NCBI GenBank assembly: GCA_001898235.1
Contig: MKTN01000027.1
Coordinates: 18,035 to 82,034 of the forward strand
From: Gammaproteobacteria bacterium 39-13
GTDB lineage: Bacteria > Pseudomonadota > Gammaproteobacteria > Berkiellales > Berkiellaceae
DNA: 64,000 nt
Direction of reading: 5' to 3'
Position numbers and translations under genes: made by a program. Under the pieces are notes generated by a model. That model searched no databases and was not told the DNA's origin. It saw only the letters and a list, made by a program, of their open reading frames with translations. Shown one piece after another: positions 47,962 to 61,866 of this stretch (the stretch's first letter is position 1; every line of letters begins with the position of its first letter).

Positions 47962-48618
47962 CTAGACAGTCGCATCATCTAGTACTTTGGTTTTTACTGA
48001 CAGTTTAATGATGACATCACCACTCTTACTGCCAGGAACTGCACCGCGTACTAACAACAACTGACGATCTTTATCCACACGTACAACTTCAATATTTTGC
48101 ATAGTACAACGCTTCGCACCCATGTGACCGGCCATTTTCTTGCCTTTGAATACACGACCTGGTGTTTGGTTTTGACCAATAGAACCAGGCGCACGATGGG
48201 AGACGGAGTTACCGTGTGTTGCATCTTGCGTTCTGAAATTGTGACGTTTTACAGCGCCTTGGAAGCCTTTACCTTTTGAAGTACCAATCACGTCAACGCG
48301 TTGGCCTACTTGGAAAAGATCCACAGTAATATCTTGCCCAATGGAATAATTCTCAGCATCATCAATGCGGAATTCCCATAAACCACGTCCCGCTTCAAGA
48401 CCTGCTTTTGCAAAATGTCCAGCGCTAGGCTTATTCACGCGTGAAGCGCGCTTTGTGCCCGTGGTTATTTGTATTGCGTTATAACCCTCTTTTTCTTGGG
48501 TTTTTACTTGTGTAATGCGATTGGGTAATACTTCAATCACCGTAACCGGGATAGTATTCCCTGTCTCAGTAAATATCCGAGACATTCCTAATTTTCGACC
48601 AATCAAACCAATTGCCAT
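47962..48618 (-). CDS. rplC: 50S ribosomal protein L3
   Basis: I set the start at [16 protein letters not shown] (ATG 48618). Confidence 0.9.
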   Translation of the reverse strand: MAIGLIGRKLGMSRIFTETGNTIPVTVIEVLPNRITQVKTQEKEGYNAIQITTGTKRASRVNKPSAGHFAKAGLEAGRGLWEFRIDDAENYSIGQDITVDLFQVGQRVDVIGTSKGKGFQGAVKRHNFRTQDATHGNSVSHRAPGSIGQNQTPGRVFKGKKMAGHMGAKRCTMQNIEVVRVDKDRQLLLVRGAVPGSKSGDVIIKLSVKTKVLDDATV

Positions 48619-48657
48619 CTTTTGCTCCGCAAAAATTTGTTGCAAAGTGCCCAATCT

Positions 48658-48978
48658 TTAACTAACTGCGATCTGAACATCAACACCAGCAGCAAGATCG
48701 AGTTTCATTAATGCATCTACTGTTTTATCAGTGGGCTCAGCAATAATGACTAAACGATTATGAGTACGGATCTCATATTGATCACGTGCAGTTGTAGCAT
48801 CAATGTGAGGTGAAGTTAAAATTGTGTGCCTTTCTTTATGAGTTGGCATTGGAACAGGACCGCGTACAACGGCACCTGTTCTTTTTGCTGTTTCAACGAT
48901 CTCTTTTGCTGATTTATCAATCAACTTGTGATCAAAGGCTTTTAAACGAATACGTATTATCTGACTTTTCATTGACAT
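48658..48978 (-). CDS. rpsJ: 30S ribosomal protein S10
   Basis: [14 protein letters not shown]. The start at 48978 (or 48972) lies only 4 nt after the fusA stop. Confidence 0.93.
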   Translation of the reverse strand: MSMKSQIIRIRLKAFDHKLIDKSAKEIVETAKRTGAVVRGPVPMPTHKERHTILTSPHIDATTARDQYEIRTHNRLVIIAEPTDKTVDALMKLDLAAGVDVQIAVS

Positions 48979-48982
48979 TACA

Positions 48983-51085
48983 TTATCCCCGCTGCTTGCT
49001 CACCACTTGCTCTGCAATATTTGCTGGTGCTTCAGCATATTTCTTAAATTCCATTGAGTAGGTTGCACGACCTTGCGACATGGATCGTAAAGCTGTTGCA
49101 TACCCAAACATTTCTGATAAGGGAACAAGCGCCGAAACTGTCTTTCCTGAAGGCGTTTCCCCCATACCTTGAAGCACGCCACGACGACGGTTGAGATCGC
49201 CCATGACATCACCCATGTATTCTTCAGGGGTAACTACTTCAACGCTCATAATTGGCTCAAGTAATTTAGGTTTAGCTTTTAATGCACCCTCTTTGAATGC
49301 CATGCTACCTGCAATTTTGAATGCCATTTCGCTTGAGTCTACATCGTGGAAAGAACCATCGAACAAGGTTGCTTTGACATCCACAACGGGATAACCAGCA
49401 AGAACACCATTTGCCATCTGTTCCACAATACCTTTACTGACGGCAGGAATGTATTCTTTAGGTATCGCGCCACCCTTAATTTCGTCGACAAATTCAAAAC
49501 CAGTACCTGGCTCTTTTGGTTCCAAACGGATCCAAACGTGACCATATTGACCGCGACCACCGGACTGGCGAATAAATTTACCTTCTTGTTCAACTTGCGC
49601 AGTAATACTTTCACGATATGCCACCTGAGGATTACCCACATTGGCTTCAACGGAAAATTCACGCTTCATACGATCCACAAGAATTTCAAGATGAAGTTCA
49701 CCTTGACCTGCAAGAATGGTTTGACCAGATTCTTCATCGGTAAATACGCGCATGGAAGGATCTTCTTTAGCCAAACGTCCCAAAGCAATACCCATTTTTT
49801 CTTGGTCAGCTTTGGTTTTTGGTTCAATTGCAACCGAAATAACAGGCTCAGGGAAGATCATCTTTTCGAGAATAATTGGCTTCTCGATATCGCATAAGGT
49901 ATCACCTGTTGTGGTATGTTTTAGACCGACAACGGCAGCAATATCACCTGCACGAACTTCTTTAATTTCTTCGCGTGAGTTGGCATGCATTTGCAAAATA
50001 CGACCAAAACGTTCTTTCTTATCTTTAATTGTGTTCTGAACGCTTGTGCCAGCTTCCAATGTACCAGAATACACGCGGAAGAAGGTTAAGGTTCCCACAT
50101 AAGGATCGTTCAAGATTTTAAATGCAAGCGCAGAGAAAGGTGCATCATCTGATGGTGCACGTGTAATTTCTTTTTCTGATTCTTCGCTTTCGGTTCCTGT
50201 TACATCTGGCACATCATCTGGTGCAGGCAAGTAATGAATAACTGCATCCAATAATGCCTGTACGCCTTTGTTCTTAAATGCAGTACCACAAAGAACAGGT
50301 ACGATTTCATTATTAATGGTACGAATGCGTATTCCTTTGCGGATTTCTTCAACGGATAAATCACCTTCTTCAAGGTATTTTTCCATTAATTCTTCGCTAG
50401 CTTCTGCAGCCGCTTCAACCATCGTTTCACGCATTTTTTGGCATTGTTCACGCAAATTCTCAGGAATATCGCGTTCTTCAAAGCGCATACCCTGGGTTGA
50501 ATCATCCCAAGCAATCGCCTTCATGATGATGAGATCGATAACGCCTTCAAATTTTTCTTCAGCGCCGATGCTCATTTGAATTGGCACGGCGTTTGCGCCT
50601 AAACGTTCACGAATTTGGGTTACAACGCGCAAGAAGTTTGCACCAGCTCGATCCATTTTATTAACGAATGCAAGACGGGGTACACGGTACTTATTCGCTT
50701 GACGCCATACAGTTTCAGATTGTGGTTCTACGCCACTCACCGCACAAAATACGCCACAAGCACCATCGAGTACGCGCAAGGAACGCTCTACCTCAATGGT
50801 AAAGTCCACGTGCCCGGGGGTGTCAATGATGTTGATACGGTGTTCATCCATATCCTGCGCCATACCTTTCCAGTAACAGGTGGTCGCTGCAGAGGTAATG
50901 GTAATACCGCGTTCTTGTTCTTGTTCCATGTAGTCCATGACGGCTGCACCATCATGCACCTCACCAATTTTGTGAGAAACACCGGTATAAAACAAAATTC
51001 GTTCTGTTGTCGTTGTTTTACCAGCATCGATGTGTGCCATGATGCCGATATTGCGAACTCTATGAAGGGGTGTTTTACGTGACAC
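48983..51085 (-). CDS. fusA: translation elongation factor G
   Basis: [24 protein letters not shown], 700 aa. Confidence 0.98.
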   Translation of the reverse strand: MSRKTPLHRVRNIGIMAHIDAGKTTTTERILFYTGVSHKIGEVHDGAAVMDYMEQEQERGITITSAATTCYWKGMAQDMDEHRINIIDTPGHVDFTIEVERSLRVLDGACGVFCAVSGVEPQSETVWRQANKYRVPRLAFVNKMDRAGANFLRVVTQIRERLGANAVPIQMSIGAEEKFEGVIDLIIMKAIAWDDSTQGMRFEERDIPENLREQCQKMRETMVEAAAEASEELMEKYLEEGDLSVEEIRKGIRIRTINNEIVPVLCGTAFKNKGVQALLDAVIHYLPAPDDVPDVTGTESEESEKEITRAPSDDAPFSALAFKILNDPYVGTLTFFRVYSGTLEAGTSVQNTIKDKKERFGRILQMHANSREEIKEVRAGDIAAVVGLKHTTTGDTLCDIEKPIILEKMIFPEPVISVAIEPKTKADQEKMGIALGRLAKEDPSMRVFTDEESGQTILAGQGELHLEILVDRMKREFSVEANVGNPQVAYRESITAQVEQEGKFIRQSGGRGQYGHVWIRLEPKEPGTGFEFVDEIKGGAIPKEYIPAVSKGIVEQMANGVLAGYPVVDVKATLFDGSFHDVDSSEMAFKIAGSMAFKEGALKAKPKLLEPIMSVEVVTPEEYMGDVMGDLNRRRGVLQGMGETPSGKTVSALVPLSEMFGYATALRSMSQGRATYSMEFKKYAEAPANIAEQVVSKQRG

Positions 51086-51109
51086 GGCTGATTGCTCCTA
51101 GCCTTATCT

Positions 51110-51598
51110 TTACCAACGGAAATGAGAAAATGCTTTATTCGCTTCGGCCATGCGATGCGTATCTTCACGCTTTTTCACCGCACCACCTTTACCGCGACCG
51201 CCGCCTTCCTCATCTGCCGCATCATTAATTTCAGCAGCCAAACGCTGAGTCATCCCTTTTTCACTACGCTTACGGGAAAATTCAACTATCCAACGCATTG
51301 CTAATGCAGTCGCGCGGGAAGGTCTGACTTCAACAGGAATTTGATAGGTTGCACCACCTACACGGCGAGACTTTACTTCTACCGCAGGCCGGACATTATC
51401 CATCGCTCTTTTAAATACTTCGATGGGATCTCTACCACCACGTTGACGAATAATTTCAAAAGCGCCATAAACACTTTTTTCTGCAATGGATTTCTTTCCA
51501 TCTTGCATCAAATGGTTGATAAATTTAGCAACCAATTCACTCCCGTAAATTGGATCGGGTAGTGTTTTGCGCTTGGTGACAACTCTTCTTCTTGGCAT
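51110..51598 (-). CDS. rpsG: 30S ribosomal protein S7
   Basis: [20 protein letters not shown]. Confidence 0.96.
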   Translation of the reverse strand: MPRRRVVTKRKTLPDPIYGSELVAKFINHLMQDGKKSIAEKSVYGAFEIIRQRGGRDPIEVFKRAMDNVRPAVEVKSRRVGGATYQIPVEVRPSRATALAMRWIVEFSRKRSEKGMTQRLAAEINDAADEEGGGRGKGGAVKKREDTHRMAEANKAFSHFRW

Positions 51599-51629
51599 AG
51601 TTCTAAATTCCTACTTGCACATTAACTTT

Positions 51630-52010
51630 TTAAGCAGCTTCCTTTGGACGCTTTGTACCGTACTTGGAGCGACCCTGTTTACGATTATTCACACCAGAAG
51701 TATCTAAGCTTCCGCGAACGACGTGGTAGCGTACGCCTGGTAAGTCTTTCACACGGCCCCCACGGATAAGCACAACAGAGTGCTCTTGTAAGTTATGGCC
51801 TTCACCACCGATATATGCGGTAACTTCATAACCATTTGTTAATTTTACCCGGCACACTTTTCGTAGTGCAGAGTTTGGTTTTTTAGGGGTGACGGTATAG
51901 ACCCGGGTGCAAACACCGCGACGCAAGGGACACGACATTAATGCAGGGCTTTTTGACTTCCGTTTGATGGAATGACGTCCTTTGCGGACTAGCTGATTCA
52001 CCGTTGCCAT
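51630..52010 (-). CDS. rpsL: 30S ribosomal protein S12
   Basis: I set the start at [12 protein letters not shown] (ATG 52010). Confidence 0.95.
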   Translation of the reverse strand: MATVNQLVRKGRHSIKRKSKSPALMSCPLRRGVCTRVYTVTPKKPNSALRKVCRVKLTNGYEVTAYIGGEGHNLQEHSVVLIRGGRVKDLPGVRYHVVRGSLDTSGVNNRKQGRSKYGTKRPKEAA

Positions 52011-52333
52011 AACTCGTGACAAACTCCTTAACTTTTTTTTGCGATTTCTTTATTTAAACAAAAGGGTACAAGCAAACCGCCCCTCTCGAAGAGAAGCGAA
52101 ATGCTAAATTTATTCGAGCGACATGTCAATAGGCCGCAGCAAAACCGCGGCTTCTTGCCACTGACTCATTTCAACTCAATGGAATGAGATCGCTCTACTT
52201 TTATAGGACTACCGTTAACCCACTATGTAGTCCATTGTTTTTATATGAGCTGACTTTGCCAGCTCTTATTTACCATTTTCTATCTATTCGGCCTGTGCAC
52301 CTGCTGTAGTGGCAAGGCACAGAGCCTATCTCA

Positions 52334-55300
52334 CTAAGAGGCAGATGAGTTCAACATCTCACTTAATGCATGTTCCACTTCACTCGCCGTTACCTTCTGA
52401 CTACCATCGCGCGCACCACGCATTAATGCTTGTTGTGCCTTACGACGCTGAAGGTGGCTAGCTAACCCAGTACCTGCTGGGATAAGTCGGCCCACAATAA
52501 CGTTTTCTTTGAGTCCGCGCAACTCATCTTTTTTGCCGCTTACTGCTGCTTCAGTCAGAACACGAGTGGTTTCTTGGAAAGAAGCCGCAGAAATGAAGGA
52601 TTCTGTCGCTAATGACGCTTTGGTAATACCCAACAGCATCGGTTCATGGCGAGCAGGCATCTTGTTTTGTGCGCTCATTTCTTTGTTAACGTCGTTCAAA
52701 CGGTAAATTTCGATCTGCTCACCCTTCAAGAAGCGTGTATCTCCAGCGTCGGAAACAATTACCTTACGCAGCATTTGACGCACGATGACCTCAATGTGCT
52801 TATCGTTAATGTTAACGCCTTGCAGACGGTAAACGTCTTGAACTTCATTCACGATGTAATTCGCCAGCGCTCCCACGCCAAGCAGACGTAGAATGTCATG
52901 CGGATTCGCAGGGCCATCAGCGATCACTTCACCACGCTCAACATATTCACCTTCAAACACGCCCACATGACGCCACTTAGGAATGAGCTCTTCGTGCACG
53001 TCTCCACCCTCTTGTGGGGTAATAACAAGACGTCGCTTTCCTTTAGTTTCTTTACCAAAGCTCACAATACCTGAAATTTCTGCCAAAATAGCTGGCTCTT
53101 TAGGTTTACGTGCTTCAAAAAGATCCGCTACGCGAGGCAAACCACCGGTGATATCCCTTGTTTTAGAGGTTTCTTGTGGAATACGCGCTAATACGTCACC
53201 GATCTTAATATGTTGACCATCTTCAACGTTTGCAATTGCATTCGCTGATAGGAAGTAATGCGCAGGTAAGCTGGTTCCTGCCAAGCAAAGATCTTCACCT
53301 TTCTCATCTACCAGCTTTAACATTGGACGTAGCTCTTTACCTGAGCTAGAACGATATTGCTTGGCATCAGAGATTACGATGCTGGATAAACCTGTCACTT
53401 CGTCAGTTTGACGATGCATGGTGACACCATCAATCATGTCAACGAAGTTAATCACCCCTGCCACTTCAGTGATGATAGGGTGAGTATGTGGATCCCAGGT
53501 TGCAACAGTTTGACCGGCTTGTACCGCATCCCCTTCGGCAACCGTGATGACCGCACCATAAGGCAGCTTATAACGCTCTCTATCACGACCATGATCATCA
53601 ATAACAGACAATTCACCGGAACGGGATACTGTTACGAAATTGCCGCTGTCATTCTTAATTACTTTAATGTTATGCAGCTTAACTCTACCTCTAGACTTCA
53701 CAAGTACGCTGTTTTCAGCCGTTGCTCGAGAAGCGGCACCCCCGATATGGAAGGTACGCATGGTAAGCTGTGTACCAGGTTCACCGATGGACTGTGCAGC
53801 AATAACCCCAACAGCCTCACCAATGTTCACCAAATGGCCTCGCGCTAAATCGCGACCATAGCACATACCACAAACACCGTGTCTTGATTCGCAGGTAATA
53901 GGCGAACGCACCATCACTCTATCAACTGTGTGTTCTTCTAAAATATCAACCCATCTTTCATCTAATAAGGTGCCTACTGGCGCCAATATTTCATCTGTAC
54001 CCGGTTTCATGACAGGAGCAGCAACGACTCGGCCTAATACGCGCTCACTTAAAGGTTCAACCACATCACCGCCTTCAATGTGCGGTATCATGGGTAAGCC
54101 TTCCGAGGTACCACAGTCTACATCAGAGATCACAACATCCTGTGCTACGTCGACAAGACGTCGTGTTAAGTAACCTGAGTTTGCTGTTTTAAGCGCTGTA
54201 TCCGCCAAACCTTTACGCGCACCGTGAGTAGAGATGAAGTACTGTAATACGTTCAAACCTTCACGGAAGTTTGCGGTAATTGGCGTTTCAATAATGGAGC
54301 CGTCTGGTTTTGCCATCAAACCACGCATACCAGCAAGCTGACGGATCTGTGCGGGCGAACCTCGCGCACCCGAATCAGCCATCATATAAACAGAGTTAAA
54401 GGATTCTTGGGAAACTTCGTCTCCCTTGGCATTAAGCACTTTCTCTGTTGAAAGCTGATCCATCATCGCCTTAGCAACTTGATCATTCGCACGAGACCAG
54501 ATATCGATAACCTTGTTGTAACGTTCACCATGCGTTACCAAACCTGAGCCATATTGCGATTCAATTTCTTTTACTTCATCTTCGGCACGTTCAACAATGC
54601 CGCTTTTCGCTCTTGGGATGACAAGATCATTAATGCCAATAGAACAACCCGAAATCGTTGCATAACGGAAACCGAAATACATTAATTGGTCAGCAAAGAT
54701 AACCGTTTCTTTCAGACCTACTTGACGATAACAGTTATTGATCAGCCTAGAAATTGCTTTCTTGGTGAGCGTTTGGTTTACCAACGTAAAGGGTAATCCT
54801 TTAGGAAGTAATTCAGACAATAAGGCACGTCCTACCGTCGAATCTACCAATCTTGGTTTAGGTTCGTGGTTAGGATCTTGGCTATTTTCTACATTAACAC
54901 GCACTTTAATTTTGGCATGCAAATCGACAGCTTTCGCAGAGTATGCACGATGCACTTCGCTGACATCAGCAAACACCATGCCTTCACCTTTAGCATTTAC
55001 TCGCTCACGAGTAACGTAGTAAAGGCCCAATACAACGTCTTGCGAAGGAACAATAATCGGCTCACCGTTTGCAGGCGACAGCACGTTATTGGTCGACATC
55101 ATCAGTGCACGCGCTTCTAATTGCGCTTCAATCGTCAACGGTACGTGAACGGCCATTTGGTCACCGTCGAAGTCCGCGTTATAGGCCGCACAAACTAAAG
55201 GATGGAGCTGTATCGCTTTACCTTCAATCAACACAGGTTCAAATGCCTGAATACCTAATCGGTGCAACGTAGGCGCACGGTTTAAAAGTACGGGATGCTC

Positions 55301-56551
55301 ACGAATAACTTCTTCTAAAATATCCCATACTTCAGGTCCTTCTCGCTCAACCATTTTCTTCGCTGCTTTAATGGTTGTCGCAAGGCCTCTTAATTCTAAT
55401 TTGCTAAAAATAAATGGCTTGAATAGTTCCAACGCCATTTTCTTGGGCAAACCACACTGATGTAAACGTAAAGTGGGGCCCACAACGATCACGGAACGAC
55501 CGGAATAATCTACTCGTTTACCGAGCAAGTTTTGACGGAAACGTCCTTGTTTACCTTTAATCATGTCCGCTAAGGACTTCAATGGACGTTTATTGGAACC
55601 CGTAATAGCTCGACCACGACGGCCGTTATCCAATAAGGCATCGACAGCTTCTTGCAACATACGTTTTTCATTACGCACGATAATATCAGGCGCATTGAGA
55701 TCAAGAAGACGTTTTAAACGGTTGTTTCGGTTGATTACGCGTCGGTACAGATCGTTCAAATCTGAAGTTGCGAAACGACCGCCATCTAATGGAACCAAAG
55801 GACGCAAATCAGGTGGTAAAACCGGTAACACGGTCATAATCATCCACTCTGGTTTGTTTCCTGAATCCAAGAAAGCTTCGATAAGCTTGAGACGTTTGGT
55901 AAGTTTTTTACCTTTCGTTTCTGAATTCGTCGTTGGAATTTCTTCACGGATAGTCTCAGCTTCCGTTTTTAAATCCAATCGTTTGAGCAATTCTTTAACA
56001 GCTTCAGCGCCCATACGCGCATCAAATTCATCACCGTATTGCTCAATTGCATCAAGGTAAGCTTCTTCAGATAACAACTGCCCCTTTTCTAATGGGGTCA
56101 TACCTGGATCAATGACGACATACGCTTCAAAATATAAAACGCGCTCGATATCACGCAAGGTCATATCCAGCAAGAGACCAATTCGAGATGGCAAAGATTT
56201 GAGGAACCAAATATGCGCCACAGGGCTGGCTAATTCCACGTGCCCCATGCGTTCACGACGAACCTTCGCTAACGTGACTTCAACGCCGCATTTTTCACAA
56301 ATAACACCACGATGTTTGAGGCGTTTATACTTACCGCAAAGGCATTCATAGTCTTTCACTGGTCCAAAAATCTTGGCGCAGAAAAGACCATCACGCTCCG
56401 GTTTAAAGGTACGATAGTTAATCGTTTCAGGTTTCTTAACCTCACCATAAGACCATGAGAGGATCAATTCGGGTGGAGCTAGTCCAAGCAAAACCCGTTC
56501 AAAATGATTCGTTTTCGTTTGCTGACGAATGATAGAAAGTAAGTCTCTCAA
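52334..56551 (-). CDS. rpoC: DNA-directed RNA polymerase subunit beta'
   Basis: 1405 aa, [12 protein letters not shown] catalytic motif. Confidence 0.98.
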   Translation of the reverse strand: MRDLLSIIRQQTKTNHFERVLLGLAPPELILSWSYGEVKKPETINYRTFKPERDGLFCAKIFGPVKDYECLCGKYKRLKHRGVICEKCGVEVTLAKVRRERMGHVELASPVAHIWFLKSLPSRIGLLLDMTLRDIERVLYFEAYVVIDPGMTPLEKGQLLSEEAYLDAIEQYGDEFDARMGAEAVKELLKRLDLKTEAETIREEIPTTNSETKGKKLTKRLKLIEAFLDSGNKPEWMIMTVLPVLPPDLRPLVPLDGGRFATSDLNDLYRRVINRNNRLKRLLDLNAPDIIVRNEKRMLQEAVDALLDNGRRGRAITGSNKRPLKSLADMIKGKQGRFRQNLLGKRVDYSGRSVIVVGPTLRLHQCGLPKKMALELFKPFIFSKLELRGLATTIKAAKKMVEREGPEVWDILEEVIREHPVLLNRAPTLHRLGIQAFEPVLIEGKAIQLHPLVCAAYNADFDGDQMAVHVPLTIEAQLEARALMMSTNNVLSPANGEPIIVPSQDVVLGLYYVTRERVNAKGEGMVFADVSEVHRAYSAKAVDLHAKIKVRVNVENSQDPNHEPKPRLVDSTVGRALLSELLPKGLPFTLVNQTLTKKAISRLINNCYRQVGLKETVIFADQLMYFGFRYATISGCSIGINDLVIPRAKSGIVERAEDEVKEIESQYGSGLVTHGERYNKVIDIWSRANDQVAKAMMDQLSTEKVLNAKGDEVSQESFNSVYMMADSGARGSPAQIRQLAGMRGLMAKPDGSIIETPITANFREGLNVLQYFISTHGARKGLADTALKTANSGYLTRRLVDVAQDVVISDVDCGTSEGLPMIPHIEGGDVVEPLSERVLGRVVAAPVMKPGTDEILAPVGTLLDERWVDILEEHTVDRVMVRSPITCESRHGVCGMCYGRDLARGHLVNIGEAVGVIAAQSIGEPGTQLTMRTFHIGGAASRATAENSVLVKSRGRVKLHNIKVIKNDSGNFVTVSRSGELSVIDDHGRDRERYKLPYGAVITVAEGDAVQAGQTVATWDPHTHPIITEVAGVINFVDMIDGVTMHRQTDEVTGLSSIVISDAKQYRSSSGKELRPMLKLVDEKGEDLCLAGTSLPAHYFLSANAIANVEDGQHIKIGDVLARIPQETSKTRDITGGLPRVADLFEARKPKEPAILAEISGIVSFGKETKGKRRLVITPQEGGDVHEELIPKWRHVGVFEGEYVERGEVIADGPANPHDILRLLGVGALANYIVNEVQDVYRLQGVNINDKHIEVIVRQMLRKVIVSDAGDTRFLKGEQIEIYRLNDVNKEMSAQNKMPARHEPMLLGITKASLATESFISAASFQETTRVLTEAAVSGKKDELRGLKENVIVGRLIPAGTGLASHLQRRKAQQALMRGARDGSQKVTASEVEHALSEMLNSSAS

Positions 56552-56674
56552 GGCTGTGTCTCCGTCATATTTAAGCGCAACCGCATTTTACTCTCTCATT
56601 TTGCTTTTAAGCCTGCCTACTGGCGAGGCCTAAAAAAAAATAGATTCGAGTACATAGTCTTCGCACATTCTTTT

Positions 56675-56713
56675 TCTCAGTACTACCTTCATTTTTTGAA
56701 AATAGTACTGAGA
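56675..56713 (-). other. perfect 11-bp hairpin in the rpoB-rpoC spacer
   Basis: TCTCAGTACTA (56675-56685) pairs with TAGTACTGAGA (56703-56713) across a 17-nt loop, immediately downstream of the rpoB stop. No U-run follows on the transcribed strand. Confidence 0.5.
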
Positions 56714-56721
56714 GTGCCACT

Positions 56722-59700
56722 TTAGGCGTCATGCTCCAGTTCAATATTGATACCCAGTGAGCGAATTTCTTTCACTAATACGTTGAAAGACTCTGGCATA
56801 CCTGGTTCCATGCGATGATCGCCGTCAACGATGTTTTTATACATCTTTGTACGTCCTGCTACGTCATCGGATTTCACCGTTAACATTTCTTGTAAGGTGT
56901 ACGCAGCACCATAAGCTTCTAGTGCCCATACTTCCATTTCCCCGAAGCGCTGACCACCAAATTGAGCTTTACCGCCCAATGGTTGCTGGGTTACTAAGCT
57001 ATATGATCCCGTCGAACGTGCATGCATCTTATCATCCACTAAGTGGTTTAACTTCAGCATGTACATGTAACCCACGGTTACAGGACGATCGAACTGCTCA
57101 CCTGTACGGCCATCATACAAAGTGGTTTGACCACTTTCTGGCAAATCAGCTGCCTTCAACAAGGCTTTGATTTCTTGTTCGCTCGCACCATCAAAAACAG
57201 GCGTTGCCATGGGAACACCATTACGCAAGTTCTCACTCACTTCTAGCAATTGCTGATCATCAAAGTTGTTAAAATCAACTTTATTTTGACCGCCAATGCT
57301 ATAGACGCCCTGCAAGAATTTACGCACTTCTTCTAGCTTGCGCTGCTCATCTATCATCTGGCCAATCTTCAAGCCTAAACCTTTTGCTGCCCACCCTAAG
57401 TGAGTTTCTAAGACCTGGCCGACGTTCATTCGAGAAGGAACACCTAATGGATTCAACACGATATCTACTGGTGTACCGTCATTGAGATAAGGCATATCTT
57501 CTACAGGAACAATAGTAGAGATAACACCTTTATTACCGTGTCGACCTGCCATTTTATCGCCAGGTTGAACGCGGCGTTTTACAGCGAGATAAACTTTAGC
57601 AATCTTCAGAACGCCTGGTGCCAAATCATCACCTTGCTGCAATTTCGCGCGTTTTTCATCACGACGTTTTTCGTAATCTTCGCGCAATTGCTTAATTCTA
57701 TCTTGTGCTGCTTCAAGTTTTTGATTGGCTTTATCGTCCTTAATGCGGATCTCAAACCAATTTTCATGGCTCAATTTTTCCAAATACTGCAGCGTGATTT
57801 TATCGCCAGATTTGAGTCCAGCAGGACCACCCTCAGCTATCTTACCCACAAGCATTTTTTCAACACGTTGATAAATGTCAGATTCACGGATCCGGAATTC
57901 GTCTTCCAAGTCCTTTTTAATACGCTCAAATTCTGTTTTTTCAATTTGTAGCGCGCGTGCATCTTTTTCAACGCCATCTCGTGTGAAGACTTGCACATCG
58001 ATTACTGTTCCATTCATACCGGTAGGAACGCGTAAAGAAGTATCTTTTACGTCAGAGGCTTTTTCACCAAAAATAGCTCTGAGGAGCTTTTCTTCAGGGG
58101 TAAGCTGTGTTTCGCCTTTGGGCGTCACTTTACCTACTAGAATGTCGCCAGATTCTACTTCTGCACCGATATAAACAATACCGGATTCATCGAGCTTGGA
58201 TAATGCGCTTTCACCAACGTTAGGAATATCAGAAGTGATTTCTTCTGGTCCCAACTTGGTATCTCTGGCAACGCAAGTTAATTCTTCAATATGAATGGTC
58301 GTAAATCTATCTTCTTGTACCACACGCTCGGAAATGAGGATGGAATCTTCGAAGTTGTAACCATTCCAAGGCATAAAGGCGACAAGCAAATTCTGTCCTA
58401 GCGCCAATTCACCCATATCAGTTGAAGGGCCGTCAGCAAGTACGTCGCCAGATGAAATGCGATCACCTTGCTTCACCAATGGACGTTGGTTAATACAGGT
58501 GTTCTGATTAGAACGGGTGTATTTGGTCAAATTATAAATATCGACCCCAGCCTGCCCTTCATGGGTTTCATCGTCATCTACGCGAACAACAATACGTCCT
58601 GCATCCACGGAATCAACGATACCACCACGTTTAGCAACGACAGTTACACCAGAGTCAGCAGCAACGGTACGCTCCATCCCTGTTCCCACTAATGGCTTTT
58701 CTGCCTTCAAAGTAGGAACTGCTTGGCGTTGCATGTTTGATCCCATCAATGCACGGTTTGCGTCATCGTGCTCAAGGAAGGGAATTAATGATGCAGCGAC
58801 CGAAACGATTTGCTTAGGTGAAACGTCCATATATTGAACGCGATCTTTAGTGGTAAATGTAAATTCGTTTTTATGTCGGCATGGAACAAGATCATCCACT
58901 ATCTCTAAATTTTCATTTAAAGACGCGTTTGCCTGCGCAATGACATAATCACCTTCTTCAATCGCAGATAAGAATTCGATTTCTTCTGTTACTTTCTCAT
59001 CAACGACTTTGCGGTAAGGACTTTCTAAAAACCCATACTCATTCGTTCTTGCATAAACAGACAATGAGTTGATCAAACCAATGTTTGGACCTTCAGGCGT
59101 TTCAATCGGACAGACACGACCATAGTGGGTAGGATGTACGTCACGAACTTCAAACCCTGCACGTTCTCTGGTCAAACCACCGGGTCCTAATGCAGAAACA
59201 CGTCGCTTATGCGTGACTTCGGACAAGGGGTTATTTTGATCCATAAACTGTGACAACTGTGAAGAACCAAAAAATTCTTTAATAGCAGCAGACACAGGTT
59301 TTGCATTAATTAAATCTTGAGGCATCAAACCATCTGATTCAGCGACGCTTAAACGTTCCTTCACGGCTCGCTCAACTCGCACTAAACCAACGCGGAATTG
59401 ATTTTCTGCCATTTCACCGACACTACGAACCCGTCGATTTCCAAGGTGATCGATATCATCCACTTCACCACGACCGTCTCGAATATCAATCAGTGTTTTT
59501 AGCACAGCAATAATATCTTCTTTAGATAAAATGCCGGGACCTTCAATTTCTTTACGGCCAACACGACGGTTAAATTTCATTCGACCGACGGAAGAAAGAT
59601 CGTAACGTTCTTCAACGAAAAATAAGTTTTCAAACAAGGTTTCTGCCGCTTCTTTCGTTGGCGGTTCACCTGGGCGCATCATGCGGTAAATCTCAACTAA

Positions 59701-60807
59701 CGCTTCTATTTGCGACTTAGTGGGATCCACACGTAATGTATCAGACATGTAAGGACCATGATCCAAGTCATTGGTATACAGTGTCGCAAATTGAGTTACA
59801 TTTGCCTTGATCAACGTTTCTAATAGATCAGGTGTGATCTCTGAATTAGCTTCAACAACAATCTCACCAGTTTCTTGGTCAATAATGTCTTTAGCTAATG
59901 CTTTGCCATAAAGATATTCACGTGATGTACGTAATTCTTTAACGCCTTGCTCTTCCATTTGGCGAATGTGTCGTGCAGTGATACGTCGGCCTTCTTCAAC
60001 AATAACGCCTTTCTCACCACGAATATCAAACATTGCTGTCTCACCGCGTAAGCGAGCAGGGATAAGTGTGAGAATAAATTCTCCCTTCTCAATGCGGTAT
60101 TCATTTACTTCAAAGAAAATATCTAAAATTTGTTCAGTGCTATATCCCAATGCCCGCAAAATAATGGTTGCAGGAATTTTACGCCGTCTATCAATTCTAG
60201 CGAAAATGCAATCTTTAGGATCAAACTCAAAATCCAACCATGACCCACGGTAAGGGATCACGCGTGCGGAATAGAGTAATTTCCCTGATGAATGTGTTTT
60301 ACCTTTGTCATGATCAAAGAACACACCAGGTGAACGATGTAATTGCGAAACGATAACACGCTCTGTTCCATTGATGACGAAAGTACCATTAGGAGTCATC
60401 AATGGGATTTCGCCCATGTATACTTCTTGTTCTCGAATATCTTTTACTTTCTTAGCATCGCCTGAAGCTTCTTTATCAAATAATACCAGGCGCACCAGAA
60501 CCCGAAGGGGTGCCGCGTAGGTTAAACCACGTTGTTGGCATTCTTTAACATCAAAAGTAGGTTCACCTAATCGATAGCCTACAAACTCTAATTGCGCATT
60601 CCCGGAAAAGCTATGGATAGGGAAAACGGATTTAAATGCAGCTTGCAATCCAATGTCTTTACGCTCATCTGCAGAAGTTTCTTCCTGCAAAAAATTAATT
60701 TTGTAAGAGGTAAGCTGGATATCGAGAAGCGGAGGAACCTCCAAAGTATCAAGGCGTTTGCCAAAATCCGCGCGGGGTCGCTTTTTCTCGGTATAGGATA
60801 ATTCCAT
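56722..60807 (-). CDS. rpoB: DNA-directed RNA polymerase subunit beta
   Basis: 1361 aa, conserved beta-subunit blocks throughout. Confidence 0.98.
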   Translation of the reverse strand: MELSYTEKKRPRADFGKRLDTLEVPPLLDIQLTSYKINFLQEETSADERKDIGLQAAFKSVFPIHSFSGNAQLEFVGYRLGEPTFDVKECQQRGLTYAAPLRVLVRLVLFDKEASGDAKKVKDIREQEVYMGEIPLMTPNGTFVINGTERVIVSQLHRSPGVFFDHDKGKTHSSGKLLYSARVIPYRGSWLDFEFDPKDCIFARIDRRRKIPATIILRALGYSTEQILDIFFEVNEYRIEKGEFILTLIPARLRGETAMFDIRGEKGVIVEEGRRITARHIRQMEEQGVKELRTSREYLYGKALAKDIIDQETGEIVVEANSEITPDLLETLIKANVTQFATLYTNDLDHGPYMSDTLRVDPTKSQIEALVEIYRMMRPGEPPTKEAAETLFENLFFVEERYDLSSVGRMKFNRRVGRKEIEGPGILSKEDIIAVLKTLIDIRDGRGEVDDIDHLGNRRVRSVGEMAENQFRVGLVRVERAVKERLSVAESDGLMPQDLINAKPVSAAIKEFFGSSQLSQFMDQNNPLSEVTHKRRVSALGPGGLTRERAGFEVRDVHPTHYGRVCPIETPEGPNIGLINSLSVYARTNEYGFLESPYRKVVDEKVTEEIEFLSAIEEGDYVIAQANASLNENLEIVDDLVPCRHKNEFTFTTKDRVQYMDVSPKQIVSVAASLIPFLEHDDANRALMGSNMQRQAVPTLKAEKPLVGTGMERTVAADSGVTVVAKRGGIVDSVDAGRIVVRVDDDETHEGQAGVDIYNLTKYTRSNQNTCINQRPLVKQGDRISSGDVLADGPSTDMGELALGQNLLVAFMPWNGYNFEDSILISERVVQEDRFTTIHIEELTCVARDTKLGPEEITSDIPNVGESALSKLDESGIVYIGAEVESGDILVGKVTPKGETQLTPEEKLLRAIFGEKASDVKDTSLRVPTGMNGTVIDVQVFTRDGVEKDARALQIEKTEFERIKKDLEDEFRIRESDIYQRVEKMLVGKIAEGGPAGLKSGDKITLQYLEKLSHENWFEIRIKDDKANQKLEAAQDRIKQLREDYEKRRDEKRAKLQQGDDLAPGVLKIAKVYLAVKRRVQPGDKMAGRHGNKGVISTIVPVEDMPYLNDGTPVDIVLNPLGVPSRMNVGQVLETHLGWAAKGLGLKIGQMIDEQRKLEEVRKFLQGVYSIGGQNKVDFNNFDDQQLLEVSENLRNGVPMATPVFDGASEQEIKALLKAADLPESGQTTLYDGRTGEQFDRPVTVGYMYMLKLNHLVDDKMHARSTGSYSLVTQQPLGGKAQFGGQRFGEMEVWALEAYGAAYTLQEMLTVKSDDVAGRTKMYKNIVDGDHRMEPGMPESFNVLVKEIRSLGINIELEHDA

Positions 60808-60847
60808 TGGGAGTCCTCTGCTTAGGTTACCTTAAAACGACAAATGA

Positions 60848-60882
60848 CCGTACGAGCTAGCACAACGACCAGCCACGTACGG
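60848..60882 (-). terminator. attenuator-like hairpin in the rplL-rpoB spacer
   Basis: On the minus strand, CCGTACG...CGTACGG forms a 7-bp stem followed by TCATTTGTCGTTTT. The position matches the known rplL-rpoB attenuator of enterobacteria. Confidence 0.35.
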
Positions 60883-60916
60883 CCCTCTGACATATCTATC
60901 ACTTGGACAAGGTTGA

Positions 60917-61294
60917 TTACTTAATTTCAACCTGTGCGCCAACTTCTTCAAGTTCTTTCTTGAATTTTTCTGCATCAGCTTTAGCAACAGCTTCTTTAAC
61001 AGGAGCAGGAGCACCTTCAACTAAAGCTTTTGCTTCTTTCAAACCTAAGTTGGTGATTGCACGAACCACTTTAATGACGTCTACTTTCTTGTCACCAAAG
61101 GATTTCAAAATCACGTCAAATTCGGTTTGTTCAGCAGCAGCGGCAGCACCAGCACCTGCAACAGGAGCAGCAACTGCAACAGCGGCTTGCGCTGATACAC
61201 CTAATTCATCTTCCATTTTCTTAACGAGTTCAACGACTTCCATAATGGATAGTTCCACGATGGAATCAAAAAGTTTTTGTATTTTCTCAGACAT
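60917..61294 (-). CDS. rplL: 50S ribosomal protein L7/L12
   Basis: Ala-rich hinge, [22 protein letters not shown]. Confidence 0.96.
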   Translation of the reverse strand: MSEKIQKLFDSIVELSIMEVVELVKKMEDELGVSAQAAVAVAAPVAGAGAAAAAEQTEFDVILKSFGDKKVDVIKVVRAITNLGLKEAKALVEGAPAPVKEAVAKADAEKFKKELEEVGAQVEIK

Positions 61295-61335
61295 GTTGTC
61301 TCTCCTGGTAAAAAGGATTTCAAAAAGAGGTTGCG

Positions 61336-61866
61336 TTATGCATTACCTTCTTTTTTCTTACGATAATCTTCCAAAGCTCGTACTAGCATGCTATGTGGTT
61401 CAGCAATAGTGCGCACCAACTTGGTTGCAGGTGCCATCAAGGTTGCTGCCAACTTGGAGAGTGCTTCTTTACGTGTAGGTAAAGCTGCAACTGCATCAAG
61501 GTGTTCTGCCCCATAATATTGACCGGCTACTGACAACGCTTTTACTTCAAAGGTCTCGTTTTCTTTTGCGAAATCTTTGAACAAGCGTGCTGCAGCGCCT
61601 GGTTCATTTTGAGCAAAACCAAATACAAGAGGTCCTACTAGCGCGCTTTCCATACACTCAAGTTCGGTGCCTTTAAATGCTCTACGCGCAAGCGTATTAC
61701 GAATAATGCGTAGATAAACACCATTTTCACGAGCTTTAATGCGCAACTTCGTCATTGCAGGAACATCGAGACCTCGATAATCTGCAACAACTAAGGACAT
61801 TGCCCCACTAGCCACTTCCGAGACTTCGGCGACGATCGCTTTTTTATCTTCAAGATTGAGCGCCAC
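61336..61866 (-). CDS. rplJ: 50S ribosomal protein L10 (GTG start)
   Basis: [18 protein letters not shown] matches the canonical L10 N-terminus. GTG lies at 61866-61864, with GGAGAG 6 nt upstream. Confidence 0.9.
   Translation of the reverse strand: MALNLEDKKAIVAEVSEVASGAMSLVVADYRGLDVPAMTKLRIKARENGVYLRIIRNTLARRAFKGTELECMESALVGPLVFGFAQNEPGAAARLFKDFAKENETFEVKALSVAGQYYGAEHLDAVAALPTRKEALSKLAATLMAPATKLVRTIAEPHSMLVRALEDYRKKKEGNA

Noticed and set aside
49346-49897. 183-aa plus-strand ORF, together with other long antisense ORFs inside fusA, rpoC, rpoB and rplL (for example 50615-51082, 53408-53848, 55563-56060, 57538-57951, 60903-61409)
   Set aside because: All lie fully inside, and antisense to, highly conserved genes. 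Their translations are low-complexity or Ser/Thr/Arg-rich shadow sequence with no RBS. This is the typical frame -1 shadow of strongly codon-biased genes.
52023-52333. Hairpin-like inverted repeats in the rpoC-rpsL spacer (GAGCTG-ACTTTGC-CAGCTC near 52245-52265; CTGTGC...GCACAG near 52293-52325)
   Set aside because: The stems are imperfect and lack a U-run on the transcribed (minus) strand. They plausibly mark the rpoC terminator and rpsL promoter region, but I cannot define boundaries confidently.
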